DNA of 63,020 nt, counting the filler, from Squatina squatina (lineage: Eukaryota), in the NCBI GenBank assembly GCA_031763465.1. It is 4 parts of 3 records of this genome, joined end to end, with 100 filler letters (N's around TTAATTAATTAA, not from the genome) between each part and the next. Parts side by side here need not be neighbours in the genome. Positions count along the whole stretch, not along the records: positions 16,429 to 37,440 come from JARFOE010000013.1; 3 more parts are not named here. One strand, given 5' to 3'. This document shows, in pieces, positions 24,101 to 37,540 of this stretch. The notes beneath the pieces were generated by a model. It searched no databases. It worked only from the letters and a program-made list of their open reading frames with translations, and was not told the origin of the DNA. The first letter of the stretch is position 1, and every line of letters starts with the position of its first letter. The position numbers and the translations under genes were made by a program.

Positions 24101-25328
24101 TCTCCTTTGGGAATGCCTGTTTTTCTGATTAATCCTCAAGAGTGGATCTTAGATATTTCTATGTGTGTCTTCCCATGGACAGAGAGGAAAGTGTTGACAG
24201 CTCATCATCATATTTTCAAAGTATTTGCCCAGTCCATCCATCCATGCTGACACTATTTAAGCTGTTGAGTGGCTATTGCTTTTCCTGTCTGTTGGTTTGC
24301 TCATTACTGGCATGGCTGTAGTGCCAGTCAGGAATCAGTTCTGAATGCCATTGAAAATTCAATGTTGACGCACATATTTTCAAAACAATTAATTTGTAAT
24401 TCAGATTAAACTGAACTAATTTTCCACATTTTCTTCAGCATTTAAAACAATGACATAGCCAAGGCTCATTATTTCAGGTTAATGCTATGCTTTGGTCAAA
24501 GTACATGGACAAAATACATGAATACTTTATCAGATTCTGATTAATGGGGACATTCATGATTATACAATTTTTAGAAGGTTTTCACATTTACCTTGACTGT
24601 AATTTCCATAACATATTACACCATCTGGCCCTACTTCATTTAANNNNNNNNNNNNNNNNNNNNNNNNNNNNNNNNNNNNNNNNNNNNNNNNNNNNNNNNN
24701 NNNNNNNNNNNNNNNNNNNNNNNNNNNNNNNNNNNNNNNNNNNGGCATATTACTGCAATAATGAGTTGCAAATGACTTTTAAGAAACTTTTTGAAACATC
24801 AATTATCCTTTATACGGAAAGTGCACCAATAGATAAACACTGACAGGCTTTTGAAATCTAATTCAATCACAGCCTACTTTATGCACGCAGTGATAGCTTT
24901 CAGTGCGCTCACATATTAACTGTTCTATGCACAGTGTAGATAAGATAGTCATGATTACGGAATGTTGCAGCGGGGAGACAGCAATCAAAGATAAAACTAT
25001 TGTAACTTCAAAATGCTTCATGAATATGTAGGAGATATTAGTGGAAACAATGAAAGTTAAAATCAAAGGTTCTTTTTAGGAATTTTTATTGAAACTAATA
25101 CATTCACAAATCTTATTAAGCCACTGTACCGTTTAGTCACATGAGGTTGCATTATTACATTGGGGTTGTTGCTGGAATTTGTACTTGTGTTCGGAACATT
25201 GCCCTTTTGGGGCCAGGATAATTTGAAGATAGATCTCGGGGTTTGGCTAGATCAGAAGAATATTGAGGTTCTTGCCTATGTAGGAAGGGTTTCACATGAA
25301 ACAGTGGAGCAAAAATTGTGCTCAAACT

Positions 25329-25485
25329 GTCTCTCTCTCTCTCAGCCAGTCCCTCGGGTGTGAGGATGACTTGCTTTCACTCTGGTGTTGTGGGATCTGA
25401 GATGGCTGAACAGTCCGATGTGGGATCCGCAAACACGGCCGCAGGTGGGGCAGGCGGTGCTTGATGAGGCGAGTGGCTGGGATGC
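25329..25485. mobile_element. Interspersed repeat end (probably RTE LINE 3' end, minus strand)
   Basis: CTCTCTC..CAGTCCCTCGGG..GAGGATGAC.TGCTT.CACTC..GCAGGTGGGGCAGG, with a second copy at 43390-43521. Confidence 0.5.
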
Positions 25486-28092
25486 NNNNNNNNNNNNNNN
25501 NNNNNNNNNNNNNNNNNNNNNNNNNNNNNNNNNNNNNNNNNNNNNNNNNNNNNNNNNNNNNNNNNNNNNNNNNNNNNNNNNNNNNGATTCTATTGCCTAT
25601 CATAATGGTTATGGCAACAGAACAATGAATGAATTTTCATGAATAATAATTACAGAAAACAAAATGGACGTTGTTACATTTTTAACAAGTAGTTAAAATA
25701 TTGCTCTAAGAATTTGAGACGTGTTGGGGGGAATCATTGTTTAAAACATTATCTGGTAGTCACCTTCCTGTTTTGTTAATGTGAAAATGATGCAGCAATT
25801 TGTATTACAATATAAAATTGATTGAAAATTAGCACGCTAAAGTTAAATAATAAAAAAAGGGTTAATGTAACAGATTTAACAAATTTAGTAACTTAACTTT
25901 AGTATTTTTTAATTTATGTTCCTACAACCAATTTTCTCTCTAAATAGAAGAATTCTTTTCAAATTCAAATACAATGGAGGCTATTGTAGTTTGAAAGTAG
26001 CACTTGACATTGTGCTAACTGACTTTTTTGATACTCAATGCTGACAGTTTAATTTACTGCCTTAATACAGTGCAAACAGAAAGGGCAACTGTGCATTAGT
26101 GTCTAACAGTAAACAAGTACGAAGGAAGGCAACAATAAACAATTATTCTCACAGGCAGTTTCCACTCTATTCTAATTTTCTGTTGATTTAACATCCATAT
26201 TGAAAATCAGTTATTTGGGAAAAGAAATCAATGTGTTGATGTACTAGGTATGCAGGTGTTTGTTTGCAGCAGGATTGTAAAACTTAAAACCACACATCAG
26301 GGAACTCTCTGAAAGATTCGGTTCACAGCTTTCAGCTGTTTTAAATGTCACTCTGTTATCGTGCTCGTGAGCCTTTGGCTGAGTGGTGAAAGGTTTGAGC
26401 CCCTGCAAGTGGGGACTCGAATATGGTCACTAAATACTGGGTTGACATCCAGCAAGGTACTCATGTTTGGACAGAGTGACCACTGGATCAGCAGTAGTAT
26501 TCCCACCACTTAGTCAGAAGGTTTGGACCCCACACCAGACAGCACCGGCTCTAACTACTGGATTGAAGGCCAGTGATGGTTCTCGAGAGAGCCCCCCTCC
26601 TCACCCCCACCCCCACCAACATCGTAAAGGTACGGCTCTTTAGTTTTGGTTTCATCGCATCTAGGAGAAGGTAGTCCAAAGGTTTTTTTTAAACATTAAG
26701 GAGGCAATGGAAAATCACTTCAGCTACCCTTCCTCAGTAAGTGGCTGAGACTTGAGTGAGGTTTTGCCCTGGGGCAGAACATAATAGACGAATGGATCAT
26801 ATTCCGACTAAAGCATAGTGGATACTCTTTTTGCATTTTTGGCTGAGATATAAAAGTCGATATAGGTGAAGTTACTAAATTTGTTAAATTTGTTAAAACT
26901 GTTACATTATTATTGTTGATTACCTATAATATAGTAACTAAAATCGGAAACGCCTGACATCAGTAGTGGGGAAGATGCTGGAGTCGATTATTAAAGATGT
27001 AATANNNNNNNNNNNNNNNNNNNNNNNNNNNNNNNNNNNNNNNNNNNNNNNNNNNNNNNNNNNNNNNNNNNNNNNNNNNNNNNNNNNNNNNNNNNNNNNN
27101 NNNNCTCCTCACAGGACTCAATCCCGCCATCCTAGGAATCAGTCTTTGCTTGTAAAATTGGTTTAAAAAATCGTATGGGCTTCATACATACAGAATTAAA
27201 AATCATCTTTAGTGGTCATTCTCCTGTAATTCTTCGCAGGAAAAAGTCAGGCTGCGTAAATTAACGCAGCAAGATAATAGAGAAAGATGAGTGATGTACG
27301 GTTGGACTCATTTAACCATAGGTTTAAGTTTCCTTTAAAGTACTATACAAAATCTACATCTGCTGGAAAGCATCACAAACTTTATATTTATTTTGCTCCT
27401 TGTATTTTTTTTTTCAGCTTCCCACTCCCAACTCCTCACTTTTGTAGCTGTACACTTTCAGTGAAGTTCTAACACAGCCACAGATTTACTGATAATACTG
27501 TCAAGGAAGTAGGCCAGTATGCAGTAAAGATGATCAGGAATCTTGAGAACCTTGATATTTAATTCTTTAGTGAGAAATCCTTCCAGTATTTTACCAATTT
27601 TCTATTAATTCCTTAGCCTAAACAATGAGGGTCTGCAGCCTATTCAGTCATGGTGATATTACCAGCAAGCTCTTGCCTAACGTCCATATGTGCATCATTT
27701 GCAGCAGGGATCATTAGATAGCAATCAAGAGCAGAACCAAGCCTAATCCCACCAACCCCCTCCTCTCAATTATAGCAAGGAGTTAATTTGTTCCTTTACT
27801 GCTGTCCAACTGAAATCAGCTAATGCAACACAGGGTTCAATTGTGGGGCCTCAGTTATGTGTTAGCTTCTTAACAAGATCCAACAAAATCTGAAATATAA
27901 AATTAAACATGGCTAATTTGCTAGGTTAAAAATGTAGCTCTAATTAGCATATTATATAATTCTTTAATCTGTTTTAAAAATTCTAAAACATACTCCTAAA
28001 CTGGAAGGGCTGACATGACCAGCAGCTATACGGATGAATGATCAATACGGAAAAAGCAAATTAACAACTGCCAGATCACTTTAAGAAGTCAA

Positions 28093-28098
28093 TTTATT
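28093..28098 (-). terminator. Candidate TMEM64 polyadenylation signal
   Basis: AATAAA on the minus strand in AT-rich UTR-like sequence, about 3.3 kb downstream of the TMEM64 stop. Confidence 0.4.
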
Positions 28099-29422
28099 AA
28101 AAGAGCTTATTGTACATTAAATTAAATATTCAATCTTTCATTAGACATCAATACAATTAAGAAATGTACTTTATAGTAAACAATGGTATCAATTTTACAG
28201 CGTGTAGAAACTATCAGTCGTTTCTATACAAAATACCAGACACCAGGAGCAACTTTAAGACAGTGGTCTAATTGAGCCAGTCAAAAGACAACCCAGTCAT
28301 CTGNNNNNNNNNNNNNNNNNNNNNNNNNNNNNNNNNNNNNNNNNNNNNNNNNNNNNNNNNNNNNNNNNNNNNNNNNNNNNNNNNNNNNNNNNNNNNNNNN
28401 NNNNNNNNNNNNNNNNNNNNNNNNNNNNNNNNNNNNNNNNNNNNNNNNNNNNNNNNNNNNNNNNNNNNNNNNNNNNNNNNNNNNNNNNNNNNNNNNNNNN
28501 NNNNNNNNNNNNNNNNNNNNNNNNNNNNNNNNNNNNNNNNNNNNNNNNNNNNNNNNNNNNNNNNNNNNNNNNNNNNNNNNNNNNNNNNNNNNNNNNNNNN
28601 NNNNNNNNNNNNNNNNNNNNNNNNNNNNNNNNNNNNNNNNNNNNNNNNNNNNNNNNNNNNNNNNNNNNNNNNNNNNNGACATGCACTCCAAAGTCCCTCT
28701 AATCCTCTACGCTTCTGTGTCCCACCATTTATTCGGGGGCCAAGTAATTGTGCACCATCAGCTAGTAAAGGCAGAACAAACTCATTGACAGATTGGCCAA
28801 GCAACAGGAGGGCCAAGAACAAAGGGAGGACAACCTGGAAAAAAGAAATAACTTAATTGTATGTGTCCTCCCTTGAAGTGCCCAAGTGAAACCGACAACG
28901 AGTGACTGATGTGCTTTTCGGACACTGCAGCCACGTTACGGGCAGCTCCCTGCAATTTCATGAAATCCAGGACGTGAATGACTCTGCACACAGTGATATT
29001 CAATGCACTTGCACCCCATATGCTTGTGTGCTCTTCATCGGGTGCTGTGTATACTGCAGCCCTACTCAGCACCTGATAATACAGAGCCCAGGCTGTCAAA
29101 AGAAACTGCACTTTGGCCACCAACCTCATTATCAGTCACAGTGTGCACTCCACAGTAAGCAAATGGAAACCCTGCTATCTGACTTCTCAGTCGTTTGGTT
29201 TAGAGGCTAAAACAGAGAGACGGGTTTCTGCACACGTCAGATAATCAGCTGATCTAAAACCCATTGTGCCTCTACCGAAGAAAAATGCAGTCCAGAATCC
29301 AAATGGCTAGAATTAATAATGAAATTAATTGAAAGCTCTGCATATTCCTCCACACTGCATGTACTCAGATTTAGGAGTACATAGTACACATGGCAAAACA
29401 GGAGCACATTTGATAAAGTAGG

Positions 29423-31211
29423 TAGAATTATAGAATGGTTACAGCACAGAAGGAGGCCATTCAGCCTATCGAGCCCATGCTGGCTCTCTGCAAGAGCATT
29501 TCAGCTAGTCACACTCCCCCACTCTTTCCCCGTAGCCCTGCAATTATTTTCCTTCAGGTACTTATCCAATTCCCTTTTGAATGCCATGATTAAGTCTGCT
29601 TCCACCACCCTTTCACGCCATGCATTCCAGATCCTAACCACTCGCTTTGTGAAAAAGTTTTTCCTCATGTCGCCTTTGGTTCTTTTGCCAATCACCTTAA
29701 ATCTGTGACCTCTGGTTCTCGACCCTTCCGCCAATGGGAACAGTTTCTCTCTGTCTACTCTGTCTAGACCCCTCATGATTTTGAACAGCTCTATCAAATC
29801 TCCTCTCAATCTTCTCTGCTCCAAGGAGAACAACCCCAGCCTCTCCAGTCTATCAACGTAACTGAAGTTCCTCATCCCTGGAATCATTCTTGTAAGTCTT
29901 TTCTGCACCCTCTCCAAGGCCTTCACATCCTTCCAAAATGTGGTGCCCAGAATTGGACCCAATACTCCAGTTGAGGTCGAACCAGTGTTTTATACCGGTG
30001 GTTCATAATTTCTATGCTTTTGTACTCTATACCTCCTATTCATGTAGCCCAGGATCCCGTAAGTTTTTTTTTAAACTGCTTTCTCAACCTGCCCTGCCAC
30101 CTTCAACAATTTGTGCACATATATCCCAAGTCTCACTGTTCATGCAACCCCTTTAGGACTGTACCCATATTGCCTCTCCTCGCTTTTCCAACCAAAATGT
30201 ATCACTTCGCACTTTTCTGTGATAAATTTTATCTGCCACATGTCCGCCCATTCCACCAGCCTGTCTATGACCTCATGAAGTCTACCATTACCCTCCTTGC
30301 TGTTCTCTATACTTCCAAGTTTTGTGACATCTGCAAATTTTAAAATTGCGCGCTGTATTGGTCCAAGTACCAACCCCGAGGGAACTCCAGTCGGATAAAC
30401 AACCGTTCACCACTATTCTGTTTCCTGTCAATTAGCCAATTTCATATCCATGCTGCCACTGTCCCTTTTATTCCATGAGCTTCAACTTTGCTAGCAAGCC
30501 TGATATGTGGCACTTTATCAAACGCCTTTTGGAAATCCATATACACCATGTCAACTGTACTGCCCTCATCAACCCTCTCTGTTACCTCATCAAAAAACTC
30601 GATTAAGTCAGTTAAACACGATTTGCTTTTAACAAATCCGTGCTGGGTTTCCTTAATTAATCCACACTTGTTCAAGTGACTGTTAACTTTGTCCCTGATT
30701 ATTGTTTCTATAAGCTTCCCCACTACCGAGGTTAAACTGACTAGCCTGTAGTTGCTGGGCTTATCTTTACACCTTAATTTGAACAAGAGTGTAACATTTG
30801 CAATTCTCCAGTCCTCCGGCACCATTTCCATTTCTAACGAGGATTGGAAGATTATGGCCAATACCTCTGCGATCTCTTCCTTCATTTCCCTCGGCATCCT
30901 ACGATGCATCCCAACTGGTCCTGACTTATCTACTTTAAGTACAGCCAGCCTTTCTAGTACCTTGTCTTTAACAATTCTTATCCCATCCAGTATTTCCTCT
31001 ACCGCCTCCTTCACTATGTCTGTGGCAGAATCTTCTTTCTTGGTGAAGACAGATGCAAAGTACTCATTTAGCACCGCAGCCATACCCTCTGCCTCCACGC
31101 TTAGGTCTCCATTTTTGTCCCTAATCAGCCCCACCTCTCCTCTTACTACCCGTTTGCTATTTATATGCCTATAGAAGACTTTTGGACTATCTTTTATTTT
31201 AGCTGCCAGTA
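29423..31211 (-). mobile_element. 5'-truncated CR1 LINE (about 1.8 kb) with intact 3' tail
   Basis: ORF2 pieces 30442-31211 (VPEDWRIANV..NYRLVSLTSVVGK..QHGFVKSKSCLT..YMDFQKAFDKVPH), 30140-30373 (KFADVTKLG) and 29501-29962 (ERVQKRLTRMIPG..RRLRGDLIE..RTRGH). The 3' tail is ATTCTATAATTCTA. Confidence 0.93.
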
Positions 31212-31357
31212 CCATACTATTAACTTGTTCACTATTAAGGCAGTTGTGTGAAGCCATACCTACTGATACACAACAATTAGTCATTGGCCTCTACTGAACT
31301 AAATTAGTACTGGCTGACAGGTTTACAGTTCCGTGGATCTATATAATAAATTTTAAT

Positions 31358-31582
<225 letters not shown>

Positions 31583-31719
31583 TTAGAGAATACGCTCACT
31601 GAATATTTCTACAAATCATGATTTTAACACTCATGCAATCAGATCGACATAAGCACATCCAGCTAGACGATCAAACTATTTTAAGAATCCTGTAATTTTG
31701 CAGTTTCAATCACTACAAC

Positions 31720-32203
31720 CAACAACTTGCATTTATATAGTGCCCTTAACAGAGAACCACCTCAAGATACTTCAGACAAAAAAAATGGACAAGGAACCAA
31801 AGATATTAGAAAGTGCAACCAAATGCTTGGTTTTAAAGAGGGTCTTAAAAGAGAAGAGGGAGATGGATAGGTGGAGGGGTTTAAGGAAGGAATTCCAAGG
31901 TATTGTATCCTAGATGGCTGAAGGCACAGCCACCAATGGCGAGGCAAAGAGGGGAGGACGGAATGCACAAGAGGCTATAATTCTTGGCAGGGTTTTGGGC
32001 TGGAGCAGTGAATTAGTCAAGGGATTTAAACACATGAATGAGAATTTTTAATTTGAATTGGCGTGGGGGTGGGGAGAATGATTCACTGTAGGTCAGCAAG
32101 GACAGGGCGATGGGGACTTCATGCGGATATGGGCAGAAAAGATGGAAGACTACCCTGGAGAGCATTGGAACAGTTGAACATGGAGGTGACAAAGGCATGG
32201 ATG
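31720..32203 (-). mobile_element. L2-like LINE 3' fragment
   Basis: CAACAACTTGCATTTATATAG tail and purine-rich GGAGGGGTTTAAGGAAGGAATTCCA..GGGATTTAAACAC..TTTTAATTTGA. The minus strand gives FKLKILIHVFKSL. A related fragment lies at about 36950-37410. Confidence 0.6.
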
Positions 32204-32885
32204 NNNNNNNNNNNNNNNNNNNNNNNNNNNNNNNNNNNNNNNNNNNNNNNNNNNNNNNNNNNNNNNNNNNNNNNNNNNNNNNNNNNNNNNNNNNNNNNNN
32301 NNNGGATAAGTTTTTAGAAAAACAAGCATGGAGCCAATGGGCCAAATGAACGTGTTCTGAGCTTTAACCCTCTATGGCTCTATGCATTTACTGTTCATTT
32401 ACTGCTTAAAACATTTTTTTGGTGGTTAAAGCCTAAAATACCATTAGTATTTGTGAAACTCAGCTTTTCAAAGACAGAGGACCCATGAAGTAATGGATAG
32501 AACCCATAGCTGGTATATAAATGCAAGCTGTTACAGCACTTTTAATTTATAAAAAGCATCCATAACATTAAAAAAAAATGTTTCTCTATTATTCTGAGTG
32601 TGCTATAATGTTTTGTTGAAATATGAGGGAAAGTGAAAACAATCTTGAGGACATAGAAAGCTAGAGCTCACAGAGTAATCTGAAACACAAGACAAAAATA
32701 TCTAGAATAAAAGTGAAAAGGATAGAAAAACACAAAAACAGAAGATAGTACATTGAAATTTGGCCAAGAACGTGGGACTATCAGATCAGTGGTTACCCTC
32801 CCTAGTTAGACTGGAGCTCTTGTATAACTGGGTCAAAATAGCATTCCATACTAAAATCATGTATATAGTCAGACTACATACATTA

Positions 32886-33110
<225 letters not shown>

Positions 33111-35228
33111 TTAGTTAGGATATCAGAAGCTATAAACCTACAGCTGCAACGACTTGTATTTATATAGCGCCTTTAACATAGTAAAATGTTCCATCAANNN
33201 NNNNNNNNNNNNNNNNNNNNNNNNNNNNNNNNNNNNNNNNNNNNNNNNNNNNNNNNNNNNNNNNNNNNNNNNNNNNNNNNNNNNNNNNNNNNNNNNNTAT
33301 TTTTATCAAATGGCTCAGATTTCACTGCTGTTTAATGAATTACAAAGATAATTTTAGCAATTTATCCAAAAATCTATTCTCAAAAACACGAGGATTAATT
33401 TTAAATATTCTATTTGTAAAGCTCTAACAGTTCCACAAAATCCCTCACAATCAACAGATCACACACTGAGAGTATTAGTCAACTTCTGTCTCTAGCATCA
33501 GATGTTCTGAAGAGTTTACATCAATGGCATTGAAATGAAACAAGTTTAAGTTCTTTTCAAAGCTCTGTGCAACATTAGCTTTGAACATTTTTTCTGTGTT
33601 TGATCCTTCATGCTGCTTTTACCAACTATTTAACATCTGTGAACCTCTCAATATATTTTGATCTGCTCTTGCCTAGCTGTTGATTAGAGCTTGCAAGCTT
33701 TCTAAAATTATTATTTTCTTTCCCCCTTTCTTTTTTTGCAGTTTGATATGCCTGATAAAAGTACAGAATATATGACTTCAAAATGATACTTATTACATTA
33801 TAACTTAAAACCAGGCTGGTTAGGGACTAGATGACATGGTGTGCTGACCTGTGAGAAGTACAAAATTGTTCCATTCCCCAGCACTATTCAGACATCACCC
33901 TCATTGAGGAAAACAAAAGCATCAAATTAAATGAAAGGAAGAAATGAAAGATAGAACAGATTGTGATTTGTGTTCCAGTGGGTGAGTTAACTTTGCAGGC
34001 TGAATATTGATTCTGCAGCATTGAGCATCAGCTTGACTTGCTCAGCAGCACTGTCACCTGTAGAAGTTTGTGGGCTTCTAGTGCAGCATTGTTAAAGATA
34101 CTGCCCTTTGGACAAGATGTTAAACCNNNNNNNNNNNNNNNNNNNNNNNNNNNNNNNNNNNNNNNNNNNNNNNNNNNNNNNNNNNNNNNNNNNNNNNNNN
34201 NNNNNNNNNNNNNNNNNNNNNNNNNNATAGGAAAATAAGTTTATGACTGAAATGTGCAAATTTTCCTTTTATTTGTTTGCTATACTGCTCAATTTTGGGT
34301 GGAATAGCAGTGGAAAATCTAGTCCATGGTGTCACGCTGATTATATTCTATCTATTGGCTTCAGTCCTGGTTTATTCTTAACACCATCAATCATTGTCCC
34401 AATCAGTACAGTTTTTGCAATCAATCATGTTTACAGTTAGCAGAGCTTTTGTGAAGCATTGGTATTGCATTTCAGCACAAAGTATTCAACTTTATCTCTC
34501 CATGGTCTTGAAAATATTTCCCATGGTAGAAAGCTAGATAGATCAGTATAAATCAGAATTTAAAACATTGCTGCAACACAGCACAATTTTAATAAAGCTC
34601 GGTCTCACAGGAGATTGTTTCTTGAATAACAAATCTATTTCCTTGAAAAACTAAGCCAACAGGCTTCATCATAGAGCATTTGTGTTGGTGACATAATACA
34701 ACAATCTGGCAAACCAATAAATTCTCTCAACCTTAACTGAATGAATCATCATCATACCTCCAAATGAATCATTCACAACTTTATTCGCAATTTCTCCAAA
34801 GCAACTAAATTTATTCTTTTGAGAATTCTTCATAATTTTCAATTTCAATTTCATTTGGTGCCCATTGCATTATATTTGGCTAGAATTATTTAATTATTGC
34901 TGTGCCATTTAAAATAACTGATTACTTTTTAAAAATATAATTGCAAATAGTATTAGAATTAAAGTGCCAATAGAATTTCAATTGCAAAATGATTTTTAAA
35001 TTAAAATGTCACTGAATTAATTCAGTCTAATTTATTAATAATTTTAAAATATATTCCCGGGGGCATTTTTAATGGAAATGTGACAATACTCCATCAGGCA
35101 CAGTGCCATGCCATGAATATTTGATAGTTTTTTTCAACTTCAAAGATTACTCATGTATGAAAATAGAAATGTACAAGGTAGCAATTGTCAGCAATAATAT
35201 TAAAATCTTTACTTTGCTTCCATTTTAG

Positions 35229-35254
35229 CAACCTCAACATTGAAGAAATATGTG
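35229..35254 (+). CDS. NECAB1: N-terminal EF-hand calcium-binding protein 1, 26-nt exon
   Basis: Acceptor ttgcttccattttag, then C AAC CTC AAC ATT GAA GAA ATA TGT G (NLNIEEIC, similar to recalled human NLDTEELC), donor GTAAGT. The phase is compatible with the next exon. Confidence 0.75.
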
Positions 35255-35377
35255 GTAAGTGCTGTGTTTTCACCATTTACTGTGCTCAGTGGACCAGTAA
35301 GTAAAATACAGAAAAAAGATAAGACAGCTTTTCAAGTCAATGTATGCTATCCTTTTGTCAGTAATGTACAATCTTAA

Positions 35378-35937
35378 GGGCTAGAAATTGCGCAGTGCCC
35401 CGTTTGGGACAATAACTTTTGCAGTAGCAAGTGAAGCCGGCGCGAACTTCCGGTTTAGCGTTCCAGGAAGGAAGTGGAATGCTAACTCAAGCTCTACTAC
35501 TTCCCTTAGAGCGCTAAAGCCAGCAAGGGGGAGGTAGCGGTGCAGCGCTGCCAGGAGCCAAGGCTCATTCCCTTCCTTAAAGGGAAGGGCCATTGCTGCA
35601 GGCTCTGTATTGGAATGATGTCCCTCCTCGCCAATGATAGCCACAATCCACGACAGCCTAAGCACTCTAACAGAGTGCAGGGCTGATCAATCGCGGCACA
35701 GCAAAATAGTGAAAAAAGACTTAAGGGATCAAAACAAATGTTTTACTTACCCGAGCAGCATTAACTTTTAAATACTGCTCTCCAAACAGCCGGCCTCCCT
35801 TACAACGCCTCCTGCAGCTGCCGGTGTTGACGCCCGGCGATATAGCAGGGGGCAGAACAAATGTTTGCCTCCAGTGTGCTACACGGGCATGCACAGCTGG
35901 ATGATGTCATGATCTCTGGGTTAGCGCTGCCGCAAAC
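35378..35937. mobile_element. Harbinger-like non-autonomous element (left part, runs into a gap)
   Basis: TAA followed by GGGCTAGAAATT, the same left terminus as at 15172. The interior is CpG-rich. Confidence 0.55.
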
Positions 35938-36413
35938 NNNNNNNNNNNNNNNNNNNNNNNNNNNNNNNNNNNNNNNNNNNNNNNNNNNNNNNNNNNNNNN
36001 NNNNNNNNNNNNNNNNNNNNNNNNNNNNNNNNNNNNNATGGAATAGAAATTCCTTTTTACTCCACCATGTTCAGAAAAATAAGAGGATGCATTTATTACT
36101 ACTGAATTTTTTAAAAACATAAGAAATTGGATTGAACAATGCTGTCTTCTCAGTTCATTTTCACACATATAAACAATTCAAAGAGACAGCATAACAAATT
36201 GAACCATAGATATTTCTCATGCAACTGCATTTATAAAATGATTGAGCTACAGTGTATGGTTTATTTTGAGGTAGAAGTGTTCTGCTGTCTATAAAGTAAT
36301 TTGCAATGGGAACAGAACTGAAATAAATGGATTTTGTACACAGATGGAAGGCTGGAAAGATTACAGTGCTGTACTGGCTCGTTGTCTAAATGAAAACCAT
36401 GCATTTTTTTCAG

Positions 36414-36515
36414 AGTACTTTTNNNNNNNNNNACTTAGGAGAGTATGAGAATGTCTTGGCAGCGCTGGAGGAATTGAATATTTCTATATTAAAGGCAATG
36501 GACAAAACAAAGAAA
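36414..36515 (+). CDS. NECAB1: NECAB1 exon (contains a 10-N gap)
   Basis: Acceptor ttttttcag, then (E)YF[gap][28 protein letters not shown], donor GTGAGT. This is similar to human [32 protein letters not shown]. It is divergent from TMEM64, as in human. Confidence 0.9.
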
Positions 36516-37440
36516 GTGAGTACAATTACATAATATTTTATATTTATTACTTATAGATATATGATAAAATAGGTTAAGAAGACTTTTAAATCCAAAATTT
36601 TATGCTATTTTGGTCAGTGTGGCACTGTATATAAGACAATTTGGGCTGATGACGGCTATAATATGATGGCTATAAAATCAGAAGCACTGGGATTAGGATG
36701 TGCTAATCTCGACAACCAGTTATTTGGTCTGCACTCCCATAGAGTGAGCCTCCCTGTTGGGAATGGGTTCTCATAAGTCTGGGACTTATAGGTATTGTTT
36801 CACTCACCAATGCATCTTTTATTAGTGAAATCCTGTCTGAAATATTTCAAGTGTCACTGAAAACATATGCTTCAACACCGTACATTATTACAGTGTCTTT
36901 AATACAGTAATACAATGTCCCTTGGCGTTTCATGCAGATGAAAGCAGATTATGAGCAGTAAAAAAAGAGTTAGGAGTGATGATTGAAAGCACGGTCAAAA
37001 GGCAGGGATAGATATAGGAAGGTGAAGTAAGAGGAAAGAGAGGACATGGGCGGGTGGGGGCAAGGGAGGATTCACAGGAGGTCAAATTTGGAGGATCGAA
37101 GGGCAAGGACTGAGGTGGCAGTGGTAGGGTTGGTTGAAACAGATTGGGGTGAGGACATGAAGAGATTTGTAAACAAGGAGAAGGATTTTGACTTGGAAGC
37201 ATTGGAAGACAGGGAGCCAGTAAAGCTCAGCATTGAAAGGGATGGTTGATGAACGGGACTTAGAGGGACAGGATGCCTGTGGTAGAGTTTTGGATGAGTT
37301 GCAGTTTGTTTAGGATAGTGCTGAAGAGGTCAATGAAGAGGATGTTGGAGAAGTCAAGCCTTAAAATAACAAAAGAATGAGTAAGGGTTTCAGCTGAGTT
37401 GGAGTGATATAGAATTATGTATTGCCAACTTAACCTAAAT

Positions 37441-37540
37441 NNNNNNNNNNNNNNNNNNNNNNNNNNNNNNNNNNNNNNNNNNNNTTAATTAATTAANNNN
37501 NNNNNNNNNNNNNNNNNNNNNNNNNNNNNNNNNNNNNNNN
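37441..37540. other. Artificial scaffold-concatenation linker
   Basis: 44 N + TTAATTAATTAA + 44 N. Confidence 0.95.

Noticed and set aside
28268-28856. ORFs of 130-194 aa here and at 48111-48563
   Set aside because: They consist almost entirely of N.
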